Shown here piece by piece: positions 26,160 to 40,439 of a stretch of DNA of 64,000 nt; the first letter of the stretch is position 1; every line of letters starts with the position of its first letter. The position numbers were made by a program, and so were the translations under genes. The stretch is from Camelus ferus. Its lineage: Eukaryota. Under the pieces are notes generated by a model, which made no database searches, was not told where the DNA came from, and worked only from the letters and a program-made list of their open reading frames with translations. The stretch is taken from the NCBI RefSeq assembly GCF_009834535.1, contig NC_045696.1:99946001-100010000 (forward strand). Reading direction: 5' to 3'.

Positions 26160-28940
26160 ATGTATGCAAGTCATTGAGTTTGCAGATAAATACACATTCA
26201 TGAAACCATTTTTGGCATAAACATATCCATCACCACCAAAAGTTTCCTCCCACCCTTTTTGTTTTTTATAAGAATATTTTTAACATAAGATCTACCCTCT
26301 TAGCAATTTTTTAAGCATAAAATGCAATGTTGTTAACTATAGGTACTATACTGCACAGTAATCTCCAGGATTTATTTACCTTGCATTATTAAAACCATGT
26401 ACTCTTTGTCTAATTCCTCCCCCATTCCACCTCCCTGTTTCCCTTCCCCACAGCCCCTGGCTACCATCATTCTACTCTGTTTCTATGAGTTTGACTATTT
26501 TAGATTCCTCATTAAGTTGCATCATATATAAGCCATCTGTTTCTGGCTTATTTCACTTAGCATAATGTCTTCAAGTTTCATTCATGTTGCAAATATGAAT
26601 AGTTCCTCCAGTTTTCAGGTTGAATAATATTCCATTATAAGTATGTATCACATTTTCTTTATCTACTCATCCACTGATGGACACTTAGGTTGTTCCCATG
26701 TCTTGGCTACTGTAAATAATGCTGCAGGGAACATAGGACTGAAGATCTCTTTTTGAGATTCTGATTTCATTTCCTTTGGATTTATAACCATAAGTGGGAT
26801 TGCTGGATGATATGGTAGTTTTATTTTTAATTTTTTAAGTAGCTTCAATATTGTTTTCCATAGTGGCTGCAACAATTTTCATTCCCACCACGAGTGCACA
26901 AGGGTCCCCATTTCTCCACATCCTCACCAATACGTATTATCCCTTATCTTTTTGATAATAGCCATTCTAACAGATGTGAGGTAGTATCTCATTGTGGTTT
27001 TGATTTGCATTTCCCTGATTAGTGATGTTGAGCATCTTTTCATGTACCTGTTGGGTATCTGTATTTCTTCTTTGGAAAAATGTCTATTCAGTTCCTCTAG
27101 ATTTTTTTTTTAATTATTGTTTTTTTTCCTTATTGAATTAAAACAGTTTTTATGTATTTTAGGTATTAACCCTTTATCAGATGTACAATTTAGATATTAA
27201 CCCTTTATCAGATGTACAATTTGCAAAGATTTTCTCCTGTTCTGTAGGTTGCCTTTTCATTTTTCTGATGGTTTCCTTTACTGTACAGAAGCTTTTTAGT
27301 TAGATGTAGTCCCACTGTTTATTTTTGCTTCTGTTGCCTTTGCTTTTGGTGTCAAATCCAAAAAAGCATTGCCAAGACCAATGTCAAGGAGATTGACCCC
27401 TATGTTTTCTTCTAGAATTTTTATGGCTTCAAGTCTTATATTTATATCCATTTTGAGTTGATTTTTATATATGATATAAGATAAAGGTCCAGTTTCATTC
27501 TTTTGCATGTGAATAGTTTTTCCAGCACCATTTATTAAAGAGACTGTCCTTTCCCCATTGTATATTCTTATATCTTTGTCAAAGATCAGTTGAATGTGAG
27601 TGCATTTCTATACTCTCTCTTCTGTTCCATTGGTCTGTTTTATTATAATATCATACTGGTTTGATTATTGTAGCTTTGTAAAAAAAAATAAAATCAGGAA
27701 GTGTGATACTTCCAGCTTTATTCTTCTTCCCCAAAAGTTATTTGGCTATTCAGGGTCTTATGTGTTTCCATATGAATTTTAGGATTGTTTTTTCTATTTC
27801 ACCAAATTTGTAGATTACTTTAAGTAGTATGGACATTATAACAATATTAATTTTTCCAATTCCTGAACATGGGATGTTTTTACACTTATTATTTCTGCTT
27901 TAATTTTTTTCATCAGTGTTATGTGATTTTCAGCCTACATGTCTTTCACCTCCTTGGTTAAGTCTATCCCTAAGTATTTTATTCTCTTTAATACTATTAT
28001 AAATGGGATTGCTTTCCTAATTTCCTTTTCAGATAAGTCATTGTTAGTGTACAAAAATACAACTGATTTTGAATGTTGGTTTTTGTATCTTGCAACTTTA
28101 CTAAATTTGTTTATTAGTTCTAACAGGTGCATGTGTGCGTGTGTGTGTGTGTGTTTGGAATCTTTAGCATTTTCTACATATAAGATCATGTCATCTACAA
28201 AGAAAGACAAGTTTACTTCTTCCTCCAATTTCAATGCCTTTTCATTCTTTTTATTGCTTACTTACTCTGGCCAGGACTTTCAAGTACTACACTGAATAAA
28301 ATTGGTTGGAGTGGGCATCCTTGTATTGTTTCAGATCTTAGAGGAAAAGTTTTCAGTTTTTTACCTTGAAAATGATGTTACCTGTAGGCTTGTCATATAT
28401 GGCCTTTATTGGGTTGACGTAAGTTCCTTCTATACTTAATTTGTTAGACGTTTTTATCATGAAAGGAGGTTGACTTTTGCCAAATGCTTTTTCTGCATCA
28501 ACTATGATCATGATTTTTATCCTTTATCCTGTTAAGGTGTTCTGTCACCTTAATTGACTTGCATATAATGCAACATCTTTGCATCTCAGAGATGAATCCC
28601 ACTTGGTCATAGCGTGATCCTCTCAGTGTGTTGACTTTGGTTCAGTTAATATTTTGTTGAATATTTTGGCATTCATGTTCATCAGGTATATTGGCCTGTA
28701 ATTGTTCCTTCTTGTGGTGTCTTTGTCTGGCTTTGGTATCAGGGTGATGCTGGCCACTTAAAATGCGTTTGGAAGTGTTCTTTCTTCTTTTACTTTTTGA
28801 AAACTAAGTATTCCCTTCAGTTCTTCTTTAAATGGTTGGTAGAATTCAGATGTGAAGCTTTCTGATCTCTGACTTTTATTTGTTGGGAGGTTTTGATTAC
28901 TGATTCAGTTCCTTTCTTGTTATTGATCTCTTCAGGCTTC
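26160..28940 (-). mobile_element. L1 LINE (3' half of ORF2 plus 3' UTR), degenerate
   Basis: Minus-strand ORFs 26663..26875, 27296..27508 and 27935..28234 translate to L1 ORF2 motifs (LLELINKFSKVA, KRIKYLGIDLTKEVKD, WEQPKCPS). Confidence 0.93.
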
Positions 28941-31900
28941 AGGAAGTAATTATGAAAATAGAAAATAAAATGCTAAAGGGTACTACAGGACTGAGGCAGA
29001 GAACGCTAGGAAGGACAAGGCTAGAGTTCAAACCTCTTTGGAGAAAGTGTAGTTGTGGCCTACCGGATGGTGGAGAATTTTACAGAGTTGCCTTTACCAG
29101 AGCTAATCCACAATCACCAGGCAAGGACACAAATCTCTGTAGTATAGGAAACTAGTCACCAGTGGAGGGGCATGCAGACAGACTTAGAGAGTTCTAATGT
29201 GGGTGTGATGTCTGGGAAATGCAGTGTCCCAGCAAGGAGTACCACAATCCTCTGGGATATAGATGAGCCACTTCAAGTAGAAGGGCATGCAGAGGGAGTT
29301 GGAGTCAGACTCCTGGGAAACATGGTCTCCACGCTGGGAAAGATGTAGGAAACAAACCTTCAGGGCACAAGTGAGCCACAACTTGCAGGTGGATATGTAG
29401 AGGGAGTTTGAGCGCCCTTGGTGACATAGGCCTAAAATATGTTGTGACCATATCAAGAGGCCAGAGAGCACATTACTGACCCATGCCAGGGCTGCAGAGG
29501 TTGCAGAGGTACTATGCAAACTGAATATGCTGGTAGGCAGAGCACCACTGGATGCCTGCAGATACCTGCACTGCTAAGCAAAATGCAGCAGGTGAAAGGG
29601 AAGGGGAGGGAAGGAAAAGTGCAGGGGAGGAGAGGAGAGGGAAAAAAGTCAAGTTAAGTCAAGTCAAGTCAGAGTAAGGCAACTAGAACTAGTAAAAGAA
29701 TCCCTCGGCCTCCCACAGTATCTCCCCAATGCCCTCTACTGACAAGGATTATGCTCTCTGTAAAGGAGAAATTTTTGCGGATCCATATTTGCGGATAAGT
29801 ATTAAAGACTGAAATTGGGGCTAAGAGATAATATATTGATAACTGACACAGTTATTTATAAATATATTACTTAAATTTCTAAATTAGAAGGGATTTTTAT
29901 GATCTTTTTATTACTAACTTTTATTTTAATTGTTACATTTAGCAGACATACTTTGTATTAATGCAATCCTTTTAAATTTTCTGAGAATTGTTTATTGGGA
30001 CAGCAATACAGTCTACTTTGTTGAGTGTTCCATATGAATTTGAAAAGAATGTGTTTGCTGCTATTGTTGGGAGAACTGCTTTATAATGCCAATTAGATCA
30101 AGATTGTTGTTGGATCAATCAAATTCCTTATATCCTTACTGATTTTCTGTTGTTGGTCTATGGTGGGTTTTTTGTTATCTGTTACTGAATAACCAATTAC
30201 TCCCAAATTTTGCTGCTTAAAGTGTAAAACATTTATTACCTTCTAGTTTCTGCAAAAGAGAAATTAGGAAATGGCATAGCTAGACAATTCTAGCTCAGCA
30301 GCTCTCATGAGGCTGCAGTGGCGATGTCTATGGGTCTACAGACACCTGAAGGTTTGACTGAAGATGGAAAATCTCCTTCCAAGAGGATCACTGACATGGC
30401 TATTGGCAGATGATCGCATTTCTTTTCTGTCTACTCGTAGACAGGAAGCATAATTCTCTGCCATGATTTAATTTTCGACACCTTGACTGTAACGTGGCTA
30501 GGGGTGATTTTCTCTGTATCTATCCCACTGAAATTTGATGAGCTTCTTGAATCTCTAAACATATTTCTTTCACCAAATTTATATAGGGTTTTTAAAGTGT
30601 GGGTTTAAAAGCTAGAATGTTGAATTTGGCTGTGGAATTGTGTTTACTAGATCAGACTGTTGCTGACTGCCTGGGTCTCAGAAATCTGTTCCCTGGACTG
30701 AAGCTATTGCTGATTTTCTGATTTTCAGAAGCTGTATGTTAAAGATGCTACTAACTCTCTTGGAGAATTGTGTGTGCTTTTGTAATCAATCACAGATTAC
30801 TCACACATGTAGGTTTAACACTGGTCTTGATGGTTAGTCATTGCTATGGTGAAATTATAATCGGTTCTTCCTTAGGAGGACACATATTTAGAAAAAGTTT
30901 GCTCCAGGCAGATGGAAAAGCAAGTACAAGGGCTCTAAGTCAAGAGGCTGCTGGGCAAGTTTTAGAAACTAAGAAAGCCACTACAACTGATGTATACCAA
31001 ACAAGAGTGAGAGAAGTTTGAGTTGCAGAAGGAAACATAGCCAGGGACTAGATCACACAGAGTCTTGTGAGGCAAAATATGAAGGAGGAATTGACAAACT
31101 GTGGCACGTGACTAGATGTGAGCTATAAGGGAATTATAACTAAAAATTCAAGGATAAAGCCCCAGTTTCTCTCCAGCCCCAGTTCCTGTTGTGGAAAACT
31201 GAAGGTATGGCCATGCCACTCTCCAAAATAGGTACAACTCAGTGTTGGGGGTGCTATGATAAAAGAATGTATGTGAAGGCACAAAAAGAGAAAGCATTCA
31301 ATGCACTTAGGGTGGCAGATTCGAATCCTTAGGGAGTAGTACTGTGTTGAACAAGGACCACTGATGGACATAGACAGATTTTTCTTTGTATAAGAAAGAA
31401 TTTCATCACAATTAGAATTTTCCAGCCTCTCAAAATAGTGAAACAGTTCAACTTTCAACTTAAATGCTTCCAGGTCAGAAACTTAGAGAGTTTCCATCTT
31501 GGGAAGATGTCAGACTGCATAATGTCCCAGACTCTCTGTAGGGACTACTGATAAGCTGAATGTGGCTGTAACCATAAGTGACAAGTGGCTTGGGAAGTTA
31601 CTAGTGAGTGCTGTACACATGTTTGCAAGACAGTCAGGAGCATTCCGGGTTCCCTCCCAGCGCTGGGCTGGAATTATTTATGCTTTCAGTCGGAATGTCT
31701 TCATGTTGGTGAGTATGTTTTCACGATGAGATTTATGACCATATGTACAGAACGCTAAAATTAGGATTCTTCTGACATAAAGAACAATGACCAATGAGGG
31801 TATGGGTTTAGGAGAAAGCCACATGAAAAAAATGAGGCATTGATAAAGTGTCCACTTCACAACTTTGTCTAAAATACACTTTTTAAAATAGAAGCTAAGC

Positions 31901-32407
31901 AAAGGTGTTAGTTGGAGAATACGTCATTGAAAGCATAATGTCCCTAATCTGCCTGGAGTGCTCTGATCATCTATAGGAGATAGCCAACTAGAGGACCTAA
32001 TAGTGTTTTATATCAACCTAGAAAATCTACAAAGTCGTGCAGAGGGCTGGCTATGTGCTGCTGTACATCATTTGTGTGTTATGTGTGTATATTGTGGTGA
32101 GTAAGAACTATGCAGAGAATATGTTTATTTCCCATATTAAAGTACTTAGTCTATAGTAAAAGGGATGAAATGATAGGCACTAGGATTCAATTCAGCACTA
32201 AGAAAGTGAGCCTTAATAATTCTTCATAAAGAATGTCATAAGCTCAGTAGTTACACTAAAGTCATTAATACCACTTAAGTTACCCTAAAGTCTGCTGTCT
32301 CACACTATTCAGTTATTTGCACATGGGAAGATGTCAAATAAATTCTTTCTCTTCCTGTATTTGGCTATCATCCTAATAAAAATAATAGTCAAGAAATATA
32401 TAATATG

Positions 32408-32488
32408 GAATTTGACACAACACTGTAAAATGACTATAACTCAATAAAAAATGTAAAAAAAAAAACCCAAAAAACCCCAAAACAAAAA
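32408..32488 (+). mobile_element. Ultra-short L1 3'-tail insertion with a 17-bp target-site duplication
   Basis: gaatttgacacaacactgtaaaatgactataactcaataaaaaatgt plus an A-rich tail, flanked by AAGAAATATATAATATG at 32391-32407 and 32489-32505. Confidence 0.88.
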
Positions 32489-35229
32489 AAGAAATATATA
32501 ATATGAGAATTACACATATGACAAAAATGTCATCTTAAAGCAATGGAGAAAAGTTAACTACTTTTAAAACAGCATTAGGATAATTAGAAAATATTTGCAA
32601 AAAGAAAAAGTTAGAATTCTTGTATGTGTCACATACAAAAGTAATTATCTGACAAAATGAAAAACAAAATGCAAAAAATAAAACCATAAAAAGATTAGAA
32701 AAACTAAAAGAGATTACTTTTATAATCACTATTTTGAGGAAGATGTCCTGATAAAAACCTGAGGAAAATACTGACAATTTTTAGTTTTATATTGCTGAGG
32801 CAATATGCCCTAAAAGTAAGAAGATTTAAAGAAAATATTGATTATCAATGAACTATTTATTTCCTAGAAATCTATAAAAATTGAATATAATAAGTCAAAA
32901 TAAATAAACAGGAAATAAATGATAACAATCATCAGTATCCAGTATATTTACAAATGAAAACTCAATGTCAATAGCAATCAGAATCATAAATATTGTGAAT
33001 TTTGGTGCTCTGAAGAAACTCCTTATACATATTATGTCAAGCAGAAGTTGTAAAAGGAGTTGTTTTACATGTGTCAGCAATGGTTGTTTTATATACTTTT
33101 AAAGTATCTTAGCTGTCTGATCTTTCAAAATTACAATAATTTTCGAAAACCTGAAAGTTTCAAACATAAAAAGCCCAATTAAATTATAATACATGTACAA
33201 TTTCGAACTTCTAAAGATTTAGCTTTTAGAAGGCTAAATTTCTCATATTGAAAAACAAGAAACAAAAAGACTAACTTGCACACATTTAAAAAAATTACTG
33301 AGTTTAAAATGACAATATACATCACATACAGTCATTATAGACATATAACCTGGACATCCCTACCATCAGACTCTGTATTAGTGCACAGGCAAGGAAAGAG
33401 TTCCTTTCCATTTTTATTCCCTAGCACAAAGCACAGTACCTGATATGACAGAAGCCTCAAAATAATGGTCTGGGGATTTTTAAAATTACTGACTTCTATT
33501 AAACAATTTTATTCTATATTATCTTGTCATTAAGCTTATAAAGGAAAAAGAGTGATCTATACTTTAATTAAATAATCCTCAAAAATTATTCAAGCAGCCC
33601 AGCATTTATTTTGTAGAGACTTGAAAAAGATTCTCATATGTTTGGGGCCAGTTGAAGAGGCTTTGCTCTTACTTACTGAAGTATGATTTTACTAATGTGT
33701 GAATCAAAGCACCTCACAAATTATCCATTTTTCAGTTTCTAACCTTTCAAAAAAAAGTTCATTTTCATTTCATTAGAGTTTTGCTCTAGATTAAAAATCC
33801 ATAAATTTTTGTTCCAATAGTGTGAGAAAAATGACATTTCTAATTTCATTGTATGTAATTAAGACAGGACCTCTGAACTCCTACCAAACTGAGCTGTTAG
33901 TAGTAGAAATAGTCATAACGATAATAGAAGTGGTGGAAACGGCAGTCATAACATAAGTAGTAGTGTAACTGTTGCCATTTCCAACTTTACAAATTTGGAT
34001 CATTATTTCTCTTATTCTCCAGTTAGTTCTGTCAATTCACTGGAGTCTAGGCAGAGACTTTCAAAGTAGGCAAGAAAGGATATCAGAAGCATGTCTTCTG
34101 AATCTATGTGTTCTGTGTTATAGTTCATGAGAACTCTTTTTAAAAATAATATGGTCTACCTCTTCTTTGAAGGCTTGTAGACAATTTGTGAGAGATTCCT
34201 CAAAATATCATTTTGCATAAAATGGCTGAAATCATCATATTAGGAGAGAGAGATCACTCCATCTCCCAATTTACCAAGCCAATCCTATGGTTATTCAAGG
34301 CCTCAGTTCTACAAAGAATGGATTCTAAATTTTCACGAACTCTAATTCAAAACAGGACTTAACATAACACATCATACTGAGAGCTTTTGGTGTCATTTGG
34401 AGTTACAGCAGATTAGTATCCATTTATTATCTATAATGCCAAATTCAAGCCCTGAAAAAAGCAGCACTTTTCCAAATCTCAAAACTTAAGGTAAATATGT
34501 TTTATAGGCCCACCAGATGGTAAAATTTAACTTGAATGATCCCTGAGAAGCTATCCTCCCAAAGAGGGAGTAAGCCTTGCAGAACTCCCGGTAGAGGACT
34601 GAGAGGAAATCAGAACTGGTCCACAGGACAAAACAGGTAGAAATGCAAGGTTGCACCCCACCCAGTCATGCAAGGGAAATAACTGGTGCTCCCTCAACCA
34701 GGAATAGTGAGTAGGGTAATGGGGCTGACAACCAGAGATCTGATACATCTCACTGCTGCCAGCATTAGACCATATTCAGAATGACAATCAAAAGTATAAC
34801 TAGTAAGGAACCAAAGTGATCAGTATAGATGCTGGGGCAGACAGAATTCTAAAAGTGAGACCCTGCTTTCTTCACACTGATAACATCTGCCTCTCAAGCT
34901 TCAGATTTTGGATATGCTTCTGATTGGTGACCTCTCTTCTCTTCTGGAACTGGGAAGCAGAGGACACAATAAATTAGGCATTGTGTTTAACCAGAAGGTA
35001 TGTGTGAGCACTTTTTCCTTGTCATTAGGCACAAACTAAAGGACATGATCCTGTGACCCGAATAGCAGGACGTGGCCACCGCAGCCACGACTTCTTTTAC
35101 CTCCTACATCTTGTGCCTCACTGGACCGCCTCTCATTAAAAGTCTCTCCCAACCTTAGTTTCAGAACCATCACACTTGTTTGACGAATCTCTTCTTGTCC
35201 TCCCTTTCAATCCTCTTTAGGCAAAAGAT

Positions 35230-35740
35230 GAAGAATCAGTGTTATTTAACTACCAGTTGTCCCCACTTGAATGTCCCACAGGCATCTCAGATTCATCTAT
35301 CTAACTGGACTTTACCCCAAATCTCATCTGTGATATCTCACCATATGTGTGCACTGCCACCCATCCAATGCTCAGCTGGAAGCCTCCTTAAAACAATACT
35401 CTTCCCTTCCCCTGTCCCAAATCTGTTAACTCACCAAGCACCACCTACTCTTTTTCTTCTTTTTTAGCTCCCTGAAATCCCTCCCTCCCTTCTAGCTTTA
35501 CCAAATAATATCTATCGTTTTAGGATTACATTATTTTGTATCTGGAATTATCCCTAAATGATCCCCCAGCTGCTATTCTACAAATCATTCTTCACCCTGC
35601 CATACATTTAGTTTTTCTAAAGCAAGAGTCAAAGAGTGTTTTTCTCACACTAATAATTATGTAATTCTTCATTCCATCCTCCAAAATAAAATCCAATCTC
35701 TCCAGCTTAGTGTATGTCCTTTTACAAATGTCACCTGGCC
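35230..35740 (+). mobile_element. L2 LINE fragment
   Basis: cacttgaatgtcccacaggcatctcagattc...ccacccatccaatgctcagctggaagcctc...aaataaaatccaatctc. Confidence 0.55.
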
Positions 35741-36974
35741 AACTTTTTCAAGACTGATTACTTTGGATAACGGTAGCTATAGTAAGAACATTTCAAAGGC
35801 TTTCCCCAATAGCACTGTATTTCTCCATCAAGGTGGGGTCTCTGATCTTTGGGCAGCTTTTATCCACATGGTTTCAGGACCACAAGATCCTTCTGTTTTG
35901 TAGTTCTTTTTTTTCCTCATTTCATCATCTTCTGCATCCAACCAATGGTGGGGGCGTTGGGGGGTGGGTAGCATGGTGATAGCTCATCTACTTCTTAAGA
36001 ACATTGGCCTGGAGGTGACTTACTGATTCATCTCACATCTACTAGCTGAAATTCAGTCACACAGCCTCATCTAGATGCAAGGAACTGTAGTCCTAAGCTA
36101 GATATCCAATTCTCAGTAACAATTCATTACCATGGAAGAAGGAACACAAATGATGTTAGTTACCATACAATTTAGATCTGACCAACAGAATGTGAACAGT
36201 AGTGATATGTGTGTCAATTCCAAGCCTGGCCCATAAAAACCTTTCATATGCAACTCTCTTCTTCCTTCCCTTTCCTGTAGACTCAATGTCAAAGCCCAGA
36301 GAACTTTGGAAACCACATATTAAAGATGCCAGTGCTTCCATTAACCTGGGTCCTGGAGTAATGCTTGAGCTTGGAGTTCCAGTGCACCAAAGGGTGACAT
36401 TTCCATTTGGTTGTTATATAATGAAATGACAACAACAACAGAAGCCTGTGCTGTGTTATAGAAGCTTTATGGTTGCTAATGCTACCAGTTTTACCCCTAG
36501 AATTAGAGCCCAACTCTGATGATTAACGGATTAATGGTAGTAATCTAATTGGAAAATTAAAATGCCCTACTTAGCCAATTTTATCAAAACAGAAAACCAC
36601 AGCCTACGTCAGATGACCCTGAGGCACCAGATGTCAAGACCTACTCCTGCTTCTCACATAGCCCTATCATGCGAGCCTCACCCTGGGGCTGGGGGACTCT
36701 TGGAGCTACTGGCTACAGCAGCTGCCCTAGACAAGAAAACATACACATACAAACACATATACGTATATAAAAGTAGGTAGGAAATACTTTCCTAGAAGTT
36801 CTCAAGAAGATGTTTCCTTAGCCAAATCAGGGTAATATGCCACATGTACACCAATCACAGGAAAAGGAGGCTGGTACCACTATTATCTTCTACCAAAGAA
36901 AATTCATTCTTTGAGTTAGGACCCTCCTTCCATGAACACACTGCCCCTCAATACCTGATCAAAACAAGACTCCT

Positions 36975-37150
36975 GTACCAAGTGGTTCTCAGAGTGAGGT
37001 CCACAGAACAACATCAACAACATCACATGGGGACTTGTTAGAAAAGCAAATTCTCGGGCCCCATCAAAAACCCTAGGTGGGGCCCTGCAAAATGAGTTTG
37101 ATAAGATTTCCAGGTAACTCAGATGCACTCTAAAATTTAAGGATCATAGT
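36975..37150. mobile_element. MER5A hAT MITE
   Basis: agtggttctcagagtgaggtcc...catcacatggggacttgttagaaaagcaaattctcgggcccca. Confidence 0.75.
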
Positions 37151-37167
37151 TTACCATGCAAAAGCAG

Positions 37168-37403
37168 ATACACTCAATCCTCCCTATCCACAGATTCAGC
37201 AACCAAAGATTCAACCAATCTCTGATCAAAAACACTCCAAAAAATTTTTCAGAACGTTTCTAAAAGCAAAACAGAATTTGCTGTGCACCAACAACTACTT
37301 ACATAGCATTTGCATTATATTTACAACAGTTCGCATAGCATTTACATTGCACTAGGTATTATAAAGTAATCTAGAGATGATTTAAAGTATAAAGGAGGAT
37401 ATA
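37168..37403. mobile_element. MER2/Tigger-family fragment
   Basis: gattcaaccaa...aacaactacttacatagcattt...aggtattataaagtaatctagagatgatttaaagtata. Confidence 0.75.
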
Positions 37404-37831
37404 TAAGAATGAGGAGGTCCAATTTAATTCCACAGAACCCCAAGGAGATGAGGACTTAGTGATGCCAAATAAAGAGGAGGATAAAGTTGAAAATTAGAAA
37501 TTAAACTGAAGGATGCACAAAGGCCTATATTCAGAAAGCTGTTCACCCACCATCATTCACTACCCTCCTGGAGAAAATGTAATAATTGTGTGTATTACAC
37601 TAAGCAAAGAATGGATGATTCTTTCTGTGTAAAACTGAATAGACCAGTCTTCAGATTCAAAACATGACATTTATCAGGGAACCAGAAGTTGGAAAATAAC
37701 ATTTACTTTGGAAATCACTGGATCTCTGCAGTTTTCCTATCCCTTCTGCAGCAGAAGGTCAGCACTTAGGAAGCTAAACCCCAAGCAAAAGACTGGAGAC
37801 CTTGGCATCTACTTTGACTGCTGCATAAAAA

Positions 37832-38192
37832 TGGTATGAACTGAGTGTTTGTGTCCCCAGATTTCATATTTTGAAGCTCTCACATCCCTCCACCATTCGA
37901 TAGTATTTGGAGATGGGGTCTTTGGGAGGTATTCAGGTTTAGATGAAATCATGATGGTGGGGCCTCATGATGGGCTGGGAATCCTTATAAGAAGAGGAGG
38001 AGAGACAAAAGCTAGTTCTCGCTGCCTTGTGAGGACATAGTAAGAAGGCAGCTGTCTGCATACCAGGATGAGGACCCTTACCAGGACACCTTGATCTTGG
38101 ACTTCCCAGCTTCCAGAACTATAGGAAAAAGCATATGTTGTTACAGCCACCCAGACTATGGAATTCTGTTATAGCAGCACAAGCTGAATAAA
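37832..38192 (+). mobile_element. MLT1A/B MaLR solo LTR
   Basis: gaactgagtgtttgtgtcccc...gtatttggagatggggtctttgggagg...ccttgatcttggacttcccagcttccagaact...ctgttatagcagc. Confidence 0.85.
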
Positions 38193-38388
38193 ACTGATGA
38201 CAAAACCAAAGATAAATTTCAGGATCTATCAAGAAGGAAAAGCTAATAGAAAATCCCTACTAAAATCTAGGCTCACAAAAAGTTATCACCTTATAAAACT
38301 AAAGAGTAACCCCACCGTGCAGAAAGAGCAAAGAGGAAACTTGACCCTCTTGACATGTTTCTGGATAAGGTATATCTATGTTTACATG

Positions 38389-38391
<3 letters not shown>

Positions 38392-38452
<61 letters not shown>

Positions 38453-38478
38453 TATATATATATACACACACACACATA
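38392..38478. repeat. Compound (TA)n(CA)n microsatellite
   Basis: Directly visible in the sequence. Confidence 0.95.
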
Positions 38479-39734
38479 TAAGAATATGTTTATGAATTAA
38501 GTATTAATTTCAGACAAAATAAACATAAAGGGAAAGCATACTAAAAGTAAAGAGAACCACTTCATCATGACAAAGATTCAACTCATTGGGAAGATACAAC
38601 CTTCAGTTTTTGCCTCATCTCATAATCTCAAAAATGAATGAAAAATTCAAAACAAGAAGAAATAAATCCATAATTATAGCTGAGATTTTAATATCTTTCT
38701 GAATAAATGATAGAACAAGCAATCAAAATAAAATGACCATATAATTAACAAATTGAGTCAACTAAAAAAAATAGAACACTGTACTCACAATTGAAGACCA
38801 CACTATTTTTCAAGTAATTATAACTACAAAAATTGGCTGTGTACCAAAGGGCTATAATACAAGTCTTGAACCACTTCAAATGACTGAAACTATTCACAGC
38901 ACTTTCTTGGACTACAACATAATTATAAATAATAGAAAGTATAACTAGAAATTCCCAACCCTTGGTAATTAGTTAAATAGATATCAAGGAAGAGGTCAAA
39001 ATAAATGTCCTGGGGTACAGTAGGCTTTTTAAAAATCAGGTACAGAACACAGAAGTAAAATTTTTTTAAAACACTAAAATGATTAAGAACAAAAGCTTAC
39101 GTATCATGAAAGCAAGTGTAAGTAAGTTACAAACCAGAGACTCACTGGGCAAAGAGCTGTATCTTATTTAACAAATGAGAGCTTCAACTCCACAATATTA
39201 ATAATAATAAAAAAAAAAAGTACCAACGAATCATTAAGGGGAAAGAATGCTAATCCCACAGAAAAATGGGTATTAAATATCAGACAAATCAAAGAATAAA
39301 ATGGTAAATGATCAGTAATCATATTTAAATGTACTCAAACTTATTAACTGTTAGATATTACAAATAAAAACAAGAATAAGATAAAAATTGCCAGAGTAGC
39401 AAACATTTATAATTGAAATTATAGCATTGGAGAGATGTGGAAAAACAAGCATTCTCACACTTGACTGGCAGAAGAATAGAATGTTATTCTGTAGTTTGTA
39501 CAGAAAAATATGTACAAAGATAATTACAATGACATAATATATAATTGTGAAAAACTGAAAATAAAGTACACCTAAATTATTAGATCAATAATTCAGTTCT
39601 GTATTAAAGGCTTGGAGATTTCCCAGACACATTATTTGGGAACAGTTGTATAAAATAATTCTGTTTATGCAAAAAATAAAAAAATAAAAAGCACTGTGTA
39701 GATGTGTAAACATATGTATACACATACTTGTATG

Positions 39735-39940
39735 TATAACATTTACATAATGCTTACTCTGGCAGGCACCATTCTAAACTCTTAATCTTCTTTAATCTTC
39801 ATAAAAATCCTATGAAGCAGATACTATTACTACCTTCATTTAACATATTAAAAATGAGGCACCGACATGGTCCGGTAACTTTCACAATGTCACAGAGATG
39901 GCAAATGGCTTAGAAAGGATTCAAACCAGCATGGTTTGGT
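39735..39940 (-). mobile_element. MIR SINE
   Basis: aatcctatgaagcagatactattac...aatgaggcac...gtaactttcacaatgtcacag...ggattcaaacc. Confidence 0.65.
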
Positions 39941-40439
39941 CTCGTCCCTCCTTTCTCCGTCTTATTTTCTCAATTTCTCTCTCTATTCCCCTCCCTTCCA
40001 ATATCCTTCTTCTCTCCTCCCACCTACCTCTATTGGTTAAATATTCACGTGTCTGTTAACATGATTAACAGTGTAATGGGAAGAGAAACAGGGAGTGGAA
40101 AGGGTAAGGTTTCATTTTTTTTCCTCCATATCCAGCTTTATTGTTTGGAAGATCACGTGTTACTTTTGTAAATAAAAATTGTTTAAAAAAAAAAAAAAGA
40201 ATGAACACACCAGTTTAACCGGTATGTATTTATGCATGGCTGTGTGTCATGTGGGGGCAAGAAAATTAAACACTGTACACATCTGATCGCTTTGACTGTT
40301 CAACTAGTTTAAAACGTCATCTGGTAGACAGAAAAGAGACCTTCAAGAAAATCAAGCGTGACCCATCCTCATTTGTTCTCTGAACCCCTCTCTGCACCCC
40401 AGCTTTGGAAGCAATGGGATTCTAGGCGATGGAAGTCAA

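Noticed and set aside
36789..36808. Adjacent TTCCTAGAA and TTCTCAAGAA (STAT-like) motifs
   Set aside because: TTCCTAGAA or its complement recurs several times in this AT-rich window (e.g. about 2675, 12049, 32861, 59623), so it is uninformative without chromatin data.
17400..40400. A third, decayed PLSCR copy or another gene in the intergenic region
   Set aside because: No scramblase-like exon was recognised. The ORFs here map to L1, LTR or microsatellite sequence or are featureless. A tBLASTn with the A protein would be decisive.
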